This document shows, in pieces, positions 12,056-26,412 of a stretch of 64,000 nucleotides of DNA. The stretch spans positions 47,740,001 through 47,804,000 of the forward strand of contig NC_042999.1 of NCBI RefSeq assembly GCF_006345805.1. Reading direction: 5' to 3'. Below the pieces are notes generated by a model, which was not told the DNA's origin, did no database searches, and was given only the letters and a program-made list of their open reading frames with translations. Numbering within the stretch: the stretch's first letter is position 1; every line of letters begins with the position of its first letter. A program made the translations under genes and the position numbers. The DNA comes from Octopus sinensis (taxonomy: Eukaryota).

Positions 12056-12098
<43 letters not shown>

Positions 12099-12099
12099 G

Positions 12100-12775
<676 letters not shown>

Positions 12776-12790
12776 ATTATTATTATTATT

Positions 12791-13310
12791 AAAGCAGGCA
12801 ATAACAAATCACCAAAGGTTTCAAGCAGTGCCTTCTCTTGTGGCTAAAAGGGATAATACTCTCCTTAGAATGCGAGCTATACCCAAAAATATCACTTGGA
12901 ATCTAACAGCAGCTCTAATATTCATGATATTTTTTTCAAAGCTCTTGGAATTACCACCAGTATTACCATTACTTTCCTCATGCCCTATAACTTTCCTATC
13001 TCGTCCCGCAGTGGCTGGTATTTCTCACTCTTTTCTTTTTCCTTACCTTTCGCCCTCGAATCACTTAGTATTGCAAAATCTATTCTCGTTACTTCCTTTT
13101 CATCTTGTCGTCTCACTTCTCTGACTTGGTCGCACTGTGTGTTAAAATCCCAGAGTATTTTGTTATGTTCGTTTTCCACTACTCCTGCTTTGTGTTAAGC
13201 TCTCTCATGTCTCGTTTTGTATTCGATTTGTACGAGCTTTCAGCACTCACTAACAATATGGTTTATACTTTCTCGCTTCTCAGACCACATCCTACACTGT
13301 GGCGTGTCAG
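12791..13310 (-). mobile_element. 3' fragment of a second R4/Dong-like family (zinc knuckle + RLE, decayed)
   Basis: Minus strand gives TPQCRMWSEKRESINHIVSEC*KLVQIEYKTRHE..ENEHNKILWDF..IDFAI..EKYQPLRDEI. Ends on (TAA)n. Confidence 0.8.
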
Positions 13311-14130
13311 TGCTTTTATTATGGCTGTTATTCATATTATATTATTATCTCCTGTTTCAAAAAAGGTCATTGTGGCTTAGAGTCTAAGTATACTGCAGTA
13401 GTAATACACCTCTCATTATTTACTGGTTAGAAAACTGCTATTGAAGTCATTTGTACCTTTTCTTCTTGATATGGAGTGCATCAAACTCCAAATCTCACGC
13501 AAACACATAATGAGTCAGTTAATGCATGAATTTAACGGGTTGTCCTCTGTCATGATGAGTTCAATATTGTATAAACACTGTAAGTCATTAAATTTTTCTC
13601 TTGTGCGCATGTGAGCAGCAGAATGTTAAAATTCAATATATATGTATTGTATTATCGTGATTTATTTCAAATGATGTTATTCAACATTCGCACCTATTTT
13701 CTTTGCTCAACAAATTCATAAATATTAATTATGCCATTTCTTTGGATTTCTAGATTTAATATTCAGCATAGCTAAATTAAAAAGCAAAATTGAACAATAC
13801 CAACATCCGAGAATCCTATACCTGCTTGTGTATTTATACGAAAAGCACGATCACTTAGTGTTTTTTTTTATATTTCACATTGTATTATCAACATGAATAA
13901 CATAGCAATCATTTAATATAGTAAATATTTACACAATTTCTTTATTGCAACAAGTATAAACGTAATATTTATTTATTCCAATAGATATGTAGTCAAATAT
14001 TCATTTATTGTAATGTGTGCTTTGTTATATACGTACTTATAGCAAACATAGATGACTTGCACAAACATATATACCTATATTTTGTGTGTATAAATGCTTG
14101 TTTTACTACATACAGTTTTTTGTGTTTGTG

Positions 14131-14247
<117 letters not shown>

Positions 14248-14257
14248 CTTTTCTACT

Positions 14258-14345
14258 CTAAGCACAAGGCCCAGAATTTTGGGGAGGGTTCCACTCGATT
14301 AGATCGACCCCAGTACCCAACAGGAACTTAATTTATCAACCCTCG
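14258..14345 (-). mobile_element. SINE family 3 fragment
   Basis: Reverse complement of the GATAAATTAAG..TACTGGGGTCGAT tail. Confidence 0.6.
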
Positions 14346-14914
14346 CATACACATACATAAATTCATCTTTATGTATGTGTATGTGAGAGTTTGTTTTTCT
14401 GTGTGTACATTTGCACAATACCGTAAAATTTTGTATGTCTTCTAACCTGTAACAAAATATTGAACAACGATACCTGTGTCCATGCCTTCAACATTTCCTT
14501 TCGAAAGTACACATAAAATGTGTAAAAATACTTTCTCGGAAATGATCACAATTTTACATTTCTTTCCATAATTTTCTTTACAATGTAATTTCTGTTCTGC
14601 TAAGCTGTGGCTGATATTTACTAAATGTTGTTACATCACAAGTTTGTGCTTGAATTTAAATGAAGCTAAGAAGACTTATATAATTTTATTCTTATACATT
14701 TTCTCATTACGTGGGTGGAAGATATATCGAAAACGCATTCTGAACTTTTTTTTTTTAAATATAATTTCTTAAGGCGTATTTACTTCAGGATTCAATATCC
14801 GGTTTGGAAATGCATCAAACATTGAAACACACTGCATCAAATAAATCATAAATATGTACTCGAAGTGCATAACAGGGAAAAAACTAAATCTAATGTATAC
14901 CACCAAAGTATTCG

Positions 14915-15062
14915 GCATTATGTGGCTGCGTGGCAAGAAGCTTGCTTCCCAATCACGTGGTTCCAAGGTTCATTCCCACTGCATGGCACCTTGGGTAATG
15001 TCTCCGACCAAAGCCTTATGAGTTGATTTTGCTTATAGAAACTTAATGAAACACGTCGTATA
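14915..15062 (+). mobile_element. SINE family 1, 5' half
   Basis: GTGGCTGCGTGGCAAGAAGCTTGCTTCCCAATCACGTGGTTCC..CCCACTGCATGGCACCTTGGG head. Confidence 0.75.
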
Positions 15063-15093
15063 TATATATATATAAAGACAATACAAGAATTAC

Positions 15094-15153
15094 ATTATGA
15101 TGCGTTTGGAATACCCAGACTACATGTTCTGAATATTCCAAACGTATCATGAT
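15094..15153. repeat. ~20-bp-stem hairpin
   Basis: ATGATGCGTTTGGAATA (15097-15113) / TATTCCAAACGTATCAT (15134-15150), one G-T pair. Confidence 0.8.
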
Positions 15154-15511
15154 ATATTCTGCAAGATAGCTATCTATCACAAAATGAAAGCAAAGCATTG
15201 CAACGGCCAAAGTTGTAAAAAATTTGGAAATGTTAATGTCTTAATGAATAAAGTCATGAGAAACAGTCAAACAGATATGTAAATAATTTTAAAAGGAAAA
15301 ATATTGTGAAGGGATGCTTTTTTGCGAAAAATTACACAAATCTGATGATCAAGAGACCTATCTGTCAAGGAAGGCATGGTCTGATATGCAATAAGCAAAC
15401 ATTTATATAAGACATTCTATTGTAGACATTGCCCGACAACGAGGGGTTATTCATCTATGGAAGAAAACGAAAGATATTATCTATATATTTATTGTTTCAG
15501 TACTATTTTTT

Positions 15512-15903
15512 TACTCTCTTTTACTTGTTTCAGTCATTTAACTGCGGCCATGCTGGAGCACCGCCTTTAATCGAACAGCTCGACCCCGGGACTTATTCTT
15601 TTTGTAAGCCCAGTACTTATTCTATCGGTCTCTTTTGCCGAACCGGGGTCATAAACACACCAGCATCGGTTGTCAAGCAATGCTAGGGGGACAAACACAG
15701 ACACGCAAGGACACACGTGTATATATATACATACATATATACGACGGGCTTCTTTCAGTTTCCGTCTACCAAATCCACTCACAAGGCTTTGGTCGGCCCG
15801 AGGTTATAGTAGAAGACATTTTCCCAAGGTGCCACGCAGGGGGACTGAACCCGGAACCATGTGGTTGGTAAACAAGCTACTTACCACACAGCCACTCCTG
15901 CGC
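15512..15903 (-). mobile_element. tRNA-derived SINE family 1, near full length
   Basis: Minus head GCGCAGGAGTGGCTGTGTGGTAAGTAGCTTG..GGTTCCGGGTTCAGTCCC; central (TA/TG)n; tail GGCGGTGCTCCAGCATGGCCGCAG..GACTGAAACAAGTAAAAGAG. Confidence 0.9.
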
Positions 15904-16498
15904 TGGTAATGTTTTAACAAATCTTCATGCAGTGATTTGAAAGCAAATAAAAAAACACTTTACATTTCACTTGTTTGTTTAACATCTGTTCTTGGATGTA
16001 TTGTAAAAGTTTTGACTGAGCATATGTCAGTTAATACACTAAACCCTTATGTATACATTCAAGAACAAAGTATAAAAAATCGCTGTTCGCCTCAGTAAAA
16101 AAACATTCTCTCTCACGCTCTGTCCCTGTCTCTCGTTCTCTCTCCCTCATTCTCACTCACATTCTCACGTCTGTCTGTGATTTCCTTTCTCCTCCCTTAC
16201 TCTGATTTCAGCTACCCTCATTATGCCACTAAATGTTCCCTCGACCTAACAACTGTTTCACCTATCTCCTTTTTTAATATAGTCCGACTGCCATCAGGGG
16301 CCATTATCGAATTTTAGGGCCTATTAACGATTTTTATTGGAATCCACCAATTAAGCCTATAATTGAACTAGATGTTAGTTTAACGTGTATTGAAAGTTTC
16401 GTGAAGATTGGTTATCAAGATGGTAATAGACAGATATTGTTAGACAGATATATTTATATATAGGCAGAGATGTGTCTTTGGGGTAAAAAGAAGTGGGG

Positions 16499-16740
16499 CA
16501 AGAGGAGTGGCTGTGCTTCACAACTGCAGGGTTCCAGGTTGAGTCCCACTGCGTGGCACGTTCGGCAGGTGTTGTTTATTACAGCCCTGGACCAACTAAA
16601 GCCTTGTGAGGTTTGATAGATGGAAACTTAAAGAAGGCCGTCGCATATATATATATGTATATATGTATGTGTGTGTCTTTCTGTCTTTGTTTATCACCTA
16701 ACCATCACTTGACAACCGATGTTGGTGCGTTTACGTCCCC
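16499..16740 (+). mobile_element. SINE family 1, 3'-truncated
   Basis: Head and central region match 15512-15903. Confidence 0.75.
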
Positions 16741-16903
16741 TATGAATATTTAGCGCCTAGGGGCTGGTCCAAAGTACGAGTTACGCCGAACTGTACGTTG
16801 TTCTTATATAATTGGGTATCCGACAAGTCGTAAATCCCCTTGCTGTATTATAGTCAAATGAAGAGTAAGAGACGATGGGTAATAGTCAGCTCATTGCAGT
16901 TTG

Positions 16904-17182
16904 TTACGCATTTTTAATAGAAGAATGACAACATTACTTCATTACAAAAATCCGTAATCATCAAATGAAACGTAATTCTACTTACAAAAGAATACCCCAA
17001 GAATACAGCAGAAACGTGGATTAGGTCTGTCACGACTAAACATGAAATTTACCCTCGACAGACATCAACCACGCCCACGCTATATTCTTGGTATATTCTT
17101 TTCTATGTAGAATTACGTTTCATCTGATGATTACGGTTTGTGTAATAAAGTAATATCATTCTTCTATTAAAAACGTGCGTAA
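16904..17182. repeat. ~125-bp imperfect palindrome (fold-back/MITE-like)
   Basis: Arms 16904-17031 and 17057-17182 align in inverse with scattered mismatches; 25-nt spacer. Confidence 0.8.
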
Positions 17183-17250
17183 GAAACAGCTGTAGTGAGA
17201 CAACAATTATCCATCATCTGTAATTATTCATTTGAATTTGTATATATATA

Positions 17251-17556
17251 TCACCGTAAACCGACCAGGCTATCAGCTGTTGCTACACATCACTGGTCAC
17301 ATTGCGATTCGCATTGTTTTTTAGACTTCAAGTGACGCCACCACACTGGCTAAGCGAGCAGGCCAATAGAAGAAAGAGTAAGAGAAAGTTGTGACGAAAG
17401 AGTACATCAGGGATCGCCACCAACCTCTGCCGGAGCCTCGTGGAGCTTTAGGTGTTTTCGCTCAATAAACTCTCACAAAGCCCGGTCTGGGAACCGAAAC
17501 CGCGATCCTACGACCGCGAATCCGCTGCCCTAACCACTGGGCCATTGCGCCTCCAC
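17251..17556 (-). mobile_element. SINE family 2 (tail type B)
   Basis: Same head/core as 5439-5825; different 3' tail shared with the 53985 and 58049 copies. Confidence 0.9.
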
Positions 17557-17590
17557 ACATATATATATATATATATATAATATATATATA

Positions 17591-17668
<78 letters not shown>

Positions 17669-17672
17669 TATA

Positions 17673-17704
<32 letters not shown>

Positions 17705-17729
17705 TATTATATATATATATATATATATA

Positions 17730-20506
17730 TGATTTTGATTTTGATTTTGATTTTGATTTTGATTTTTTTAGTCTCAGCTCATGAGCTGTGGCCATGCTGG
17801 GGCACCGCCATTTGGTGTTGCTACATGGCTTTACTTCACGAATGCTTTTTAGCAAATGCCATTTGGTGCATGAGAGAGTTCGATGCAGCTGCCCTCATCT
17901 GCACCTCCTGCCGTGAAGTTGATTCATCTGGGATACCTGACAGGAAGAGATCCAGTTTCATTTTAAAGACATCTGCATCCACCGCATGCAGGTCTCTTAG
18001 GTTCTTCGGGAGGATATTGAAGAGCTGTGGGCCTCGGAAGCCCAGGCTATCACAGTATCTTGTCCTACAACTTGATGGCAAATTTGTAGTTCTAGGCACC
18101 ACGCAGTGGCGCCCAGTTCTGGCATTTGTGTAACTCTCGATGCCAAAGTTTGGGACAAGTCCCTCCAGGATCTTCCAGATGTATATTATGGCATATCTTT
18201 CTCGCCTACGCACAAAGGAATAGAATTTTAATCTCTTGAGTCTTTCCCAGTAGCTTATATTCTGCATACAGGCTATCTTCTTCGTGTAGCTACGTTGGAT
18301 CGCCTCACGTTCTGTGATCAACTTGACACTGGATGGTGACCATAGCTGAGAGCAATAGTCAAAGTGGCTTAGGACAAGTGTCCTCCAGAGGACCATCATG
18401 GTTTCTTGTTCTCTTGTTCTAAAGGTTCTGAGAATCCATCCGGCCAGTCGTCTACATTTCATTGCCAATTTAGCAACATGTACACGAAAGGTTGCGTCAT
18501 CACTCATGTAAATACCCAGGTCACGCACTGATTGTGCCTCTGGGATTGCAATTCCTCCGGGTCCAGTGTATTCATTGGGTATTGCATTTAGTTTTGCATG
18601 CTGATAGTATAAAGCTTGAAACTTTTCAGCATTGAACTGCATGCTATTCTTTTCACCCCACTTGTATAATTTGTCTAGCTCACATTGCAGGCGTTTAGTG
18701 TCCTCAGGGCTCTGTATTGCCTGTGAAACTTTTGTATCATCTGCATAACTTGTGATCGTGGCTCTCTGCGTGGCAGAGGGCTTGTCTGAGAGGGCCATTA
18801 TATAGTAGTGGTCCCAAAACATTATAACAGTAGTGGTCCCAAAACAGTGCCCTGCGGAACACCGCTCACTATTTGCGTGTTATTGGAAGTGGCCCCATTG
18901 GCTACTACCACCTGACTTCTATCTTTCAGAAAGTCATGAAGCACTTCTCCCAGTTTTCCAGCTATGTTGAGATCACGCAGTTTGTGACCTATCATTCCAT
19001 GATCGACTTTATCAAAGGCCTTTGCAAAGTCGAGATATATCACTTCCACATTTGAGTGGTTGAGCAGTCGTTTCAGCACCCAGTCATAGCGTTGTAGGAG
19101 CTGAGTTAAGCATCTTCTCCCTGGTCGGAAACAATGTTGGGTGTCAGGCAGCAAGTCATTTTCTTCAAGGAAGGTGATCAGTTTCCTTCTGACTATTCGT
19201 TCCATGACCTTGCTGATGTGTGAGGGGAGAGAGATAGGTCTGTAGTTCTTGGCCTCCGCTCTGCTACCTCCTTTATGAATAGGGCATATTTTACCTTCCT
19301 TCAGTTTTCTTGGAAGTTTGCCTGCTGCAAGGAAGCTCTGAAAGCGGAACTGCAGTGGTCTTGCTAGGACTCTCTTACATACTTTTATGAGGATTGCCGG
19401 GAATCCATCAGGGCCAGTAGCTGAGTCTCTTTTCATTTCATCTATAGCCTTTATTACATCGTCTTCCTTTATATCGATGTAATTTATCGTCGCCGCCTCC
19501 GATTTTATATCTGCAGTGGTAAGAAGTCAGTTGGATTGGTGATTTGGAAATGCCCAAGGGGTGGAGTGAAAACACTCTTGAATTGCTCATTCAGTAATTC
19601 ACTTACTCATTGGTTTTCCTGTGAGTGTGCCATCCTTTTCAAGGAGTGGCCCTATCCTACAGTGCACCGTACCTGTTTCTTTGGCATACCTGTAGAAAGC
19701 TCTGGGGTTAGATCCTATGTTGTCTATAGCCCAGGCTTCTTTGTCTGCTCTTTCTTTTTCATGGGAGAGTTGCAGACATTTTTCAATTTCCAACAGTTTT
19801 ATTTTCAGGCGGGACTTTTCACTGCTTTCAATTTGTTTGTTTAGGCGATTTGAAATTTTTGTACGCCGTCTCATTAAAATTTTCCTCTCTCTGGGGATTT
19901 TGTTCTTGTGTACAGTGGCCTTTCTCTCTGGGACACATTAGTAGCATATGGCTTGCATTACAGACATGAATTGTTGAAGTTTCACGTCGATGTCTGGCGA
20001 GGAGAGACATTCAGGCCAGTTTGTTTGAGGATCTCTTTCTCAATTTGTTTCCAGTTTGCCTTATTGAAGTTCAAGCTGGAAAGATTCTGAGGGTTTCATG
20101 TAGGCTGCATGTCCATGCTTTCCTTTGGCCCGTACATGATCAGCTCTGCCATGTTGTGATCCGAGAGTAGTGTAGTTGTCACTTTCACATTATGGATGGG
20201 ATCCATATTATTTGTGAAGCAGAGATCCAGTGTGTTACCTGCCCTGGTTGGTTGGAGTATTACCTGCTCCATGTACAGGGTGTTGATGAGGTTCAGGAGG
20301 GACCTCGCCTGTCCTCGTTCACATCTTGTCATTCCTGGGAGAGAAACGCCTTCGGGCCATCTGACATTGGGTAGATTGATGTCTCCCATAAGAAGTACAC
20401 TTATGTGTTGTTCTAATGTAATCAGAACTTCTTCTATTTTTATAAGGCAGTCTTCAAACTTGCCTACATGGCTTGGGGTATCTGGAGGGCGATATGTAGC
20501 ACACAC
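17730..20506 (-). mobile_element. 5'-truncated APE-type LINE (CR1/L2-like group), ORF2 disrupted
   Basis: APE motifs (YRPP, GDIN, TLDL, LSDH) at 20096-20506. RT motifs GPDG, YRPISL, YLDFAKAFDKVDH, GVPQGTVLGP (18822-19436) and YADDTK (in 17836-18822). Has a 3' UTR and a (CAAAAT)n tail. Frameshifts include a ~24-bp tandem duplication at 18796-18846. Exact clade not resolved. Confidence 0.92.
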
Positions 20507-20539
20507 AAGTATAGAGTATATAGATTGAGGGGGTTAAGT

Positions 20540-21140
20540 TCGATGCTTTGAAAATGGAATAGTCTGGCATGAGGCATTTATCTAGATTGCTGTGAGTTTT
20601 GGAACATATCTAGAGGGAATACCTCTCGTGCAAAAAGTTAGTTCTGTTGATGGATACTGCAGGTTCGCGAAGTATGTATATTCCGCCGGGGCCAATCTTT
20701 CAATAGTGTAAGACCTTCATCAACCAGACTGTTGTATTGCATGCGATCTGTGGCATGAAAAATCTCACCTTCATCCAAGCTTGGTATCAAATTGTCTTTA
20801 AGCAACTGGATGTATTTTGGCACTATTCAAGTTACCGTGAATTCTAACCAACATTCTTGAAACATCACTTATTATGTATCCCCAAAGAATCAGACTGACA
20901 CCCCCAAACTTCACTGTTTCCGTCGTGTACCCTGGATAGTTTCGCTTAATAATAAGGGAGAATTTGTCAGAAGGCCTCCAGGAAACTCCTCTCTCTTTCT
21001 TCAATTTCATTCGCTTCCAGGAAACAATTATATCTCTCTTCAACTTCATACGCGAGTAATTAGTTTGTTTAGCATACATATCTGCTCCATATTTCAATTG
21101 TTCACTTATATAATGAAGTCCGTTACATTTACACACAAAA
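20540..21140 (-). mobile_element. Decayed Tc1-like transposase fragment
   Basis: TVKFGGVSLILWG..LVRIHGNLNS.KYIQLLKDNLIPS..IFH matches the Tc1 catalytic region; frameshifted. Confidence 0.75.
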
Positions 21141-21469
21141 TTCTAAATAAATACAGTCGTCAAATTAAATCAGTCGCCTTTTTATTAATTTCTTTTCGGT
21201 TATTGTTGTATGAATTATTTTCTGGATATAATAAAATTGTAGTTATATTAAAATAAAATAATAATAACACCTATTTCTACATATAAGTATACATTACTTG
21301 ATGGAATTTTAGAATGTGTTATACGTAACTATTGTAGTTGATAACATTTTGTCAGCATTAAAATAATATATAAGATTAAATTCATATTATTACGTTGTCT
21401 CTTTTCACTATTAATAAATCATTTGTGCAGGTCCTCCAACGCTAATACGTTGTTTTAGACGGAGGATTT

Positions 21470-21509
<40 letters not shown>

Positions 21510-21624
21510 ATATATATATATGTATATATATATATGTATATATATATACACACATACATATATACATGCATATATACACGCATATATATGCGTATATCTG
21601 TATATATAAATATATATCCGTGTA

Positions 21625-21706
<82 letters not shown>

Positions 21707-21710
21707 AAAA

Positions 21711-21891
21711 CACAAATGTTATCGCAAATCGTCAGCTTTCTGTACGCAAGCATACAGACACACACAAACACAAAACCAGCTAGCCATCCCAGCCACACAT
21801 ACACACATACACACATATACACAGAGTGAATCACGCTTACACAAACACACACATACTGAAAACACACACACAAAAGTATTATATATATGTT

Positions 21892-21922
<31 letters not shown>

Positions 21923-21969
21923 CTGTATGCTTGCGTACAGAAAGCTGACGATTTGCGATAACATTTGTG
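21711..21969. repeat. Perfect 56-bp inverted repeat (21711-21766 / 21914-21969) around microsatellite DNA
   Basis: CACAAATGTTATCGCAAATCGTCAGCTTTCTGTACGCAAGCATACAGACACACACA and its exact reverse complement. Confidence 0.9.
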
Positions 21970-22439
21970 AATCAGAATGTTATTTGCCTTGTGACTTCTA
22001 AACGTACTGGTTACACTGCAGATCATAGAAGCTAGAGGTCCCGTGCCAGTAGAATTTATTCGTCCTATTATAACTTCTTTATATGCAAAATAACCTTCTG
22101 GTTTTGACAAAAAAATTATCAACTATATATTAATGAATTTTAATTTATATTTTCAATGCATCCTCTTGAACCAAAGACACTGTCCAGTTTTTCTGCATTC
22201 TAGTTGCACCAACCGATTATGTTCTGGAACCTGTTAATGTCTCCGTGGAGACAGGTTCGGATTGCATTATTCATTGAGAGCTAAATTTGTAATTTCATCA
22301 ATAAATGTAATCCTTTCATTTCAGATAAGTTCATTTAAGTTCATTTGCATACCATGAATTAAGTAATGATCTGCCATCTAATGATATTAATCTAGCTCCT
22401 GTCTATTGACTGGGAGTTATCTGTGAGACGAAGATGGTG

Positions 22440-22540
22440 TTCGAGGATCTACTAAGGGATACAATGAGAAAAGCATGCACCAGGTTTTGGAGCTAATTTG
22501 AGGCCATAGTGAAAGCTGAGGGTGGCTATTTAGAGTAAAG
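22440..22540 (+). pseudogene. C-terminal remnant of a Tc1/mariner (maT-like) transposase
   Basis: KACTRFWS*FEAIVKAEGGYLE* resembles the recalled maT/DD37D C-terminus. Confidence 0.5.
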
Positions 22541-22553
22541 TGTTATTTCCCAT

Positions 22554-22798
22554 GCGTAGGAGTGGCTGCGTGGTAAGTAGTTGGCTTACCAACCACATGA
22601 TTCCGGGTTCCCCAACATCGCTTGACAACCGACACTAGTGTGTTTACGTCCCCGTAACCAAGCGTTTCGGCAAAAGAGACCGATAGAATAAGTACTAGGC
22701 TTACAAAGAATAAGTCCAGGGGTCGATTTGCTCGACTAAGGGTGGTGCTCCAGCATGGCCACAGTCAAATGACTGAAATAAGCAAAAGAGTAAAGAGT
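22554..22798 (+). mobile_element. SINE family 1 with central deletion
   Basis: Head joins directly to CCCAACATCGCTTGAC at ~22610; intact tail. Confidence 0.85.
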
Positions 22799-25222
22799 GA
22801 TGAGTAATCTAATTGCGATTTTATAAAAAATACTAGTGTTTTTGGATGCGATATTGTGTTTTTTTTTTTCCTTTGATGGAAAGTATTCAAGTTTATCCCG
22901 AACAACCTGTAATAATATAGTATTCACATGTCTGAGAAAACTTTTATTTCCATAGTTACAATGTCTTTTTCAATCTTTGCTCTTGCAATGAAATTGATCT
23001 CTGCTGTCACATACACAGTTAGTGATGACTGTAGTCATTAGCCATATTGGTAAATACATCAATTCCTCATCACTTTAATGAAGCAAAAAAGCTTCATAGC
23101 AGTTAATAATCTAACTGAACTTTATTAACGAAATGTAACAAAACTATGTCTTAAATATATAAGTGCTTGCGTTTCCGAATGATATAATGTGGTCGTAAAA
23201 ATCTCATACCTAAAGAAAAAAAATGGATGGTTACAGACTGAAAATATTGTTGACTAGTATTTGATCAATATGGCTTCTCTGGATTACACTACAATAGCAA
23301 TATACTATGTTACTAGCTGTATCTACAAAAAGACACAGAAATAGAGATGAAAACGTTTCATTTGAATAGAAATTGGGGGAGAAACTAAAATCATCCTGTA
23401 TAAATATCGATATATTTGCCTCGATTGAGTTCTCTTACGGCTAAGAGATACAAAATAGGCAATATAATACTAACTACTTATAAATTACTTAGTATATTGT
23501 ATTTTTAATTCATTGTTCTCTAAAATATATGATAATATTTATTTACATTCTTACAAAGATTGTCTTCTGGCTTTATTCTAAAATTTTCCAATCATAAGAA
23601 AAAAAAACAGAAATAAAGAATGAAAGGAAAAGTTCGTTTACTAAATGCTATTATTTCTCAAATAGAAGAGAGATATTTAATCCAATTCGAAGTTTTCTGA
23701 ATACAATTTTCCATTAGCTAAAATTATCTTCGCAGACAAACAGACATATATTTTCTCCATTCGTTATCATCTAATCGATATCATATTTAAGTCTTTCCTA
23801 CCTCAACTACTGGAAGATTAACGTTAAAATAACTTACCTCTATGATTAATAGACTTTATCGAAACACCAAAGAAATGATAACCAAAAAATGAGAGACTCT
23901 TGTATATCTCAATACTATTTTCATAATATCAATTTACTGCGTGCCTTAGAGTTCAGCTTAATAGTATCGGCAAAGACATTAAACTTATATGACTGAACGA
24001 TAAATAAAATCAGAGACAGGGTGTTCATCAGCAGCATAATACGAACTAATTCAAAATTGAATAACATCAGAGCATAAGAATGATAAATACATTCTCCGAA
24101 CGAGTGTTAGATAAAGCACTAATAGCTGGAATGCAATGTTGTACCAAATATAAGCTCCTAGTGTGTTAATAGCAAATTTAAATGAAGGTAAACGTTTTAT
24201 CATTTCCTCGTCTGCTTAAAGTTCTTAAGAAAAACATAATCAGAGTAGAAGTTTTTCGAAGGTAATTCAAGATTTGAGAAGTTGAATTAGAAATATGCTT
24301 AAAGAGGACGTAAATAAATACCTCGGTTATATACAAGCTATAACTTGGGAGAAAAAAGAATAACAAAAAACAAAACAGAGACGATTTTCTTAGAATGATT
24401 TGACGAATATGGAGGAGAAATATTTCGGTGCCGCCAAAATTTATGCATCCAGAATTCGCAAATTATATTCATGATTATAAAACAAAACGCAAGCCAGTTG
24501 CGAATTTGATCTATCTTACCGATACCAAAAGACAAAAGATAAAATTCACATTGAATTATTTGAAATCTAAAAGCAACAAACGAACAAATTACGACAAAGT
24601 ATTTTCTTCCGACGCTCTAAATATTCTGTCGAATTATCGCTAGTAAATATTTTTTTCTAATATAGCCCCGAGGTTATTAATTTTGAGCGTAAACGGCTGT
24701 CGATTAAATATTCGTCAGTACCTGAATGGCATTATTTCATCGATCACAGAGTATAATTTTATTTCAGTGGTATTTGAACTCAGAACTGAGAAATCTAAAT
24801 AAATACCCAGAGATATTTTGTCCAACATGCTAACGCTTCTGCTAGTTCACATCACGGTCCAGTCGTATATACAATAACGGTGTGAGACAATTATAATAAA
24901 ATACATACGAGTATATACAAATTTCTATAAAAAGTAGGAATAATATCACAACGTCATACATTATATATTAATAGGTTTCTGTCACATTCCACAAAATAAT
25001 GAACTAATAATCATGAATAAACAAAATAATTCGTTATTTGTTTTGCATACTAGGACCAACAGTATTAAGTAAAACAAGAGACTCCGTAGTGTACATAATA
25101 AATTATATGAAGTATAAGATAACGGTTATGATTTCTGTCCTCAGTCATATGAATATATATATGTATGAATATGGGTGTGTACGTTTGTATGTGAATGTGT
25201 GCGTTTGTGTGCGTTTGTGTGC

Positions 25223-25257
<35 letters not shown>

Positions 25258-25499
25258 TGCGTGTGTGTAGGCAGTACAGCTTTGATAACAATATAATAAG
25301 CCTTAATTCCTTTATTTTCTCTTCCCTTTATTTATATGGCATTTTTTTCAATTAAAAAATAGGTTCCGATATATATTCGTACTGCACCATACGACAGTTT
25401 TGTTATAGAACTGTATTTGAAACGTCTGTAGCTGATTAACTCGTTAATTGTTCTTCATTTTTTTATTTATATATATATATGTATATGTATTTATGTATG

Positions 25500-25596
<97 letters not shown>

Positions 25597-25865
25597 ATAT
25601 TGGCAGGGCTGGCCTGCTAGGTAGCCGGCCAGAATGCTAGAAAAAGATCATCAACGATCAATCTACAAGGGAAATTCTCTAGAGGAAGAATTCAGCACTA
25701 CCCGCAGTGAATTATTCACTGCAGCCCTTCGCTTCAGGAGTCTCTCAGCGCGCCAGAACCAAGACATTTGAAATTTTATTCCCGATGTAATCAGTAAGAC
25801 TAAGCACGTGTCTGTCTGGACACAGAGAGCTGGGGTTAGTCTTGCGGTTTGCATCTCGAGGACTG

Positions 25866-25941
25866 AATGTACTGATGAAGTCACGGACACTTGAATTATG
25901 CAAGTAATTCTTTTGTTAAGACCGAAACCGAGGTATGCATT
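25866..25941 (+). ncRNA. Type I hammerhead ribozyme, copy 1
   Basis: AATGTA-CTGATGA-A-GTC..GAC-C-GAAA-CCGAGG-TA|TGCATT. Predicted cleavage after A25935. Stem II base is short (3 bp). Confidence 0.75.
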
Positions 25942-26412
25942 TAAGTCTGTTATTTATTTAATTTTTCATATGTCCTGCCTGCCAAAGTTGGTTCTGGTGT
26001 TCGTTGAATTCTTCCTCTAGAGAATTTCCCTTGTAGTTTGATCGTTGATGATCTTTTTCTAGCATTCTGGCCGGCTACCTAGCAGGCCAGCCCTGCCAAT
26101 ATACACATATATTTGAATTTTCTCTGACTCCTCAGATTTTTTGAATGCTGGACTACTGGTTTTAAATTGATATTAAAATTAATATTAATTTATCTCCCTC
26201 AATTTTTTAAATATTTAAATAAATACGTTCCCTAGTTGTAAGCACTACCCGCAGTGAATTATTCACTGCAGCCCTTCGCTTCAGGAGTCTCTCAGCGCGC
26301 CAGAACCAAGACATTTGAAATTTTATTCCCGATGTAATCAGTAAGACTAAGCACGTGTCTGTCTTGACACAGAGAGCTGGGGTTAGTCTTGCGGTTTGCA
26401 TCTCGAGGACCG

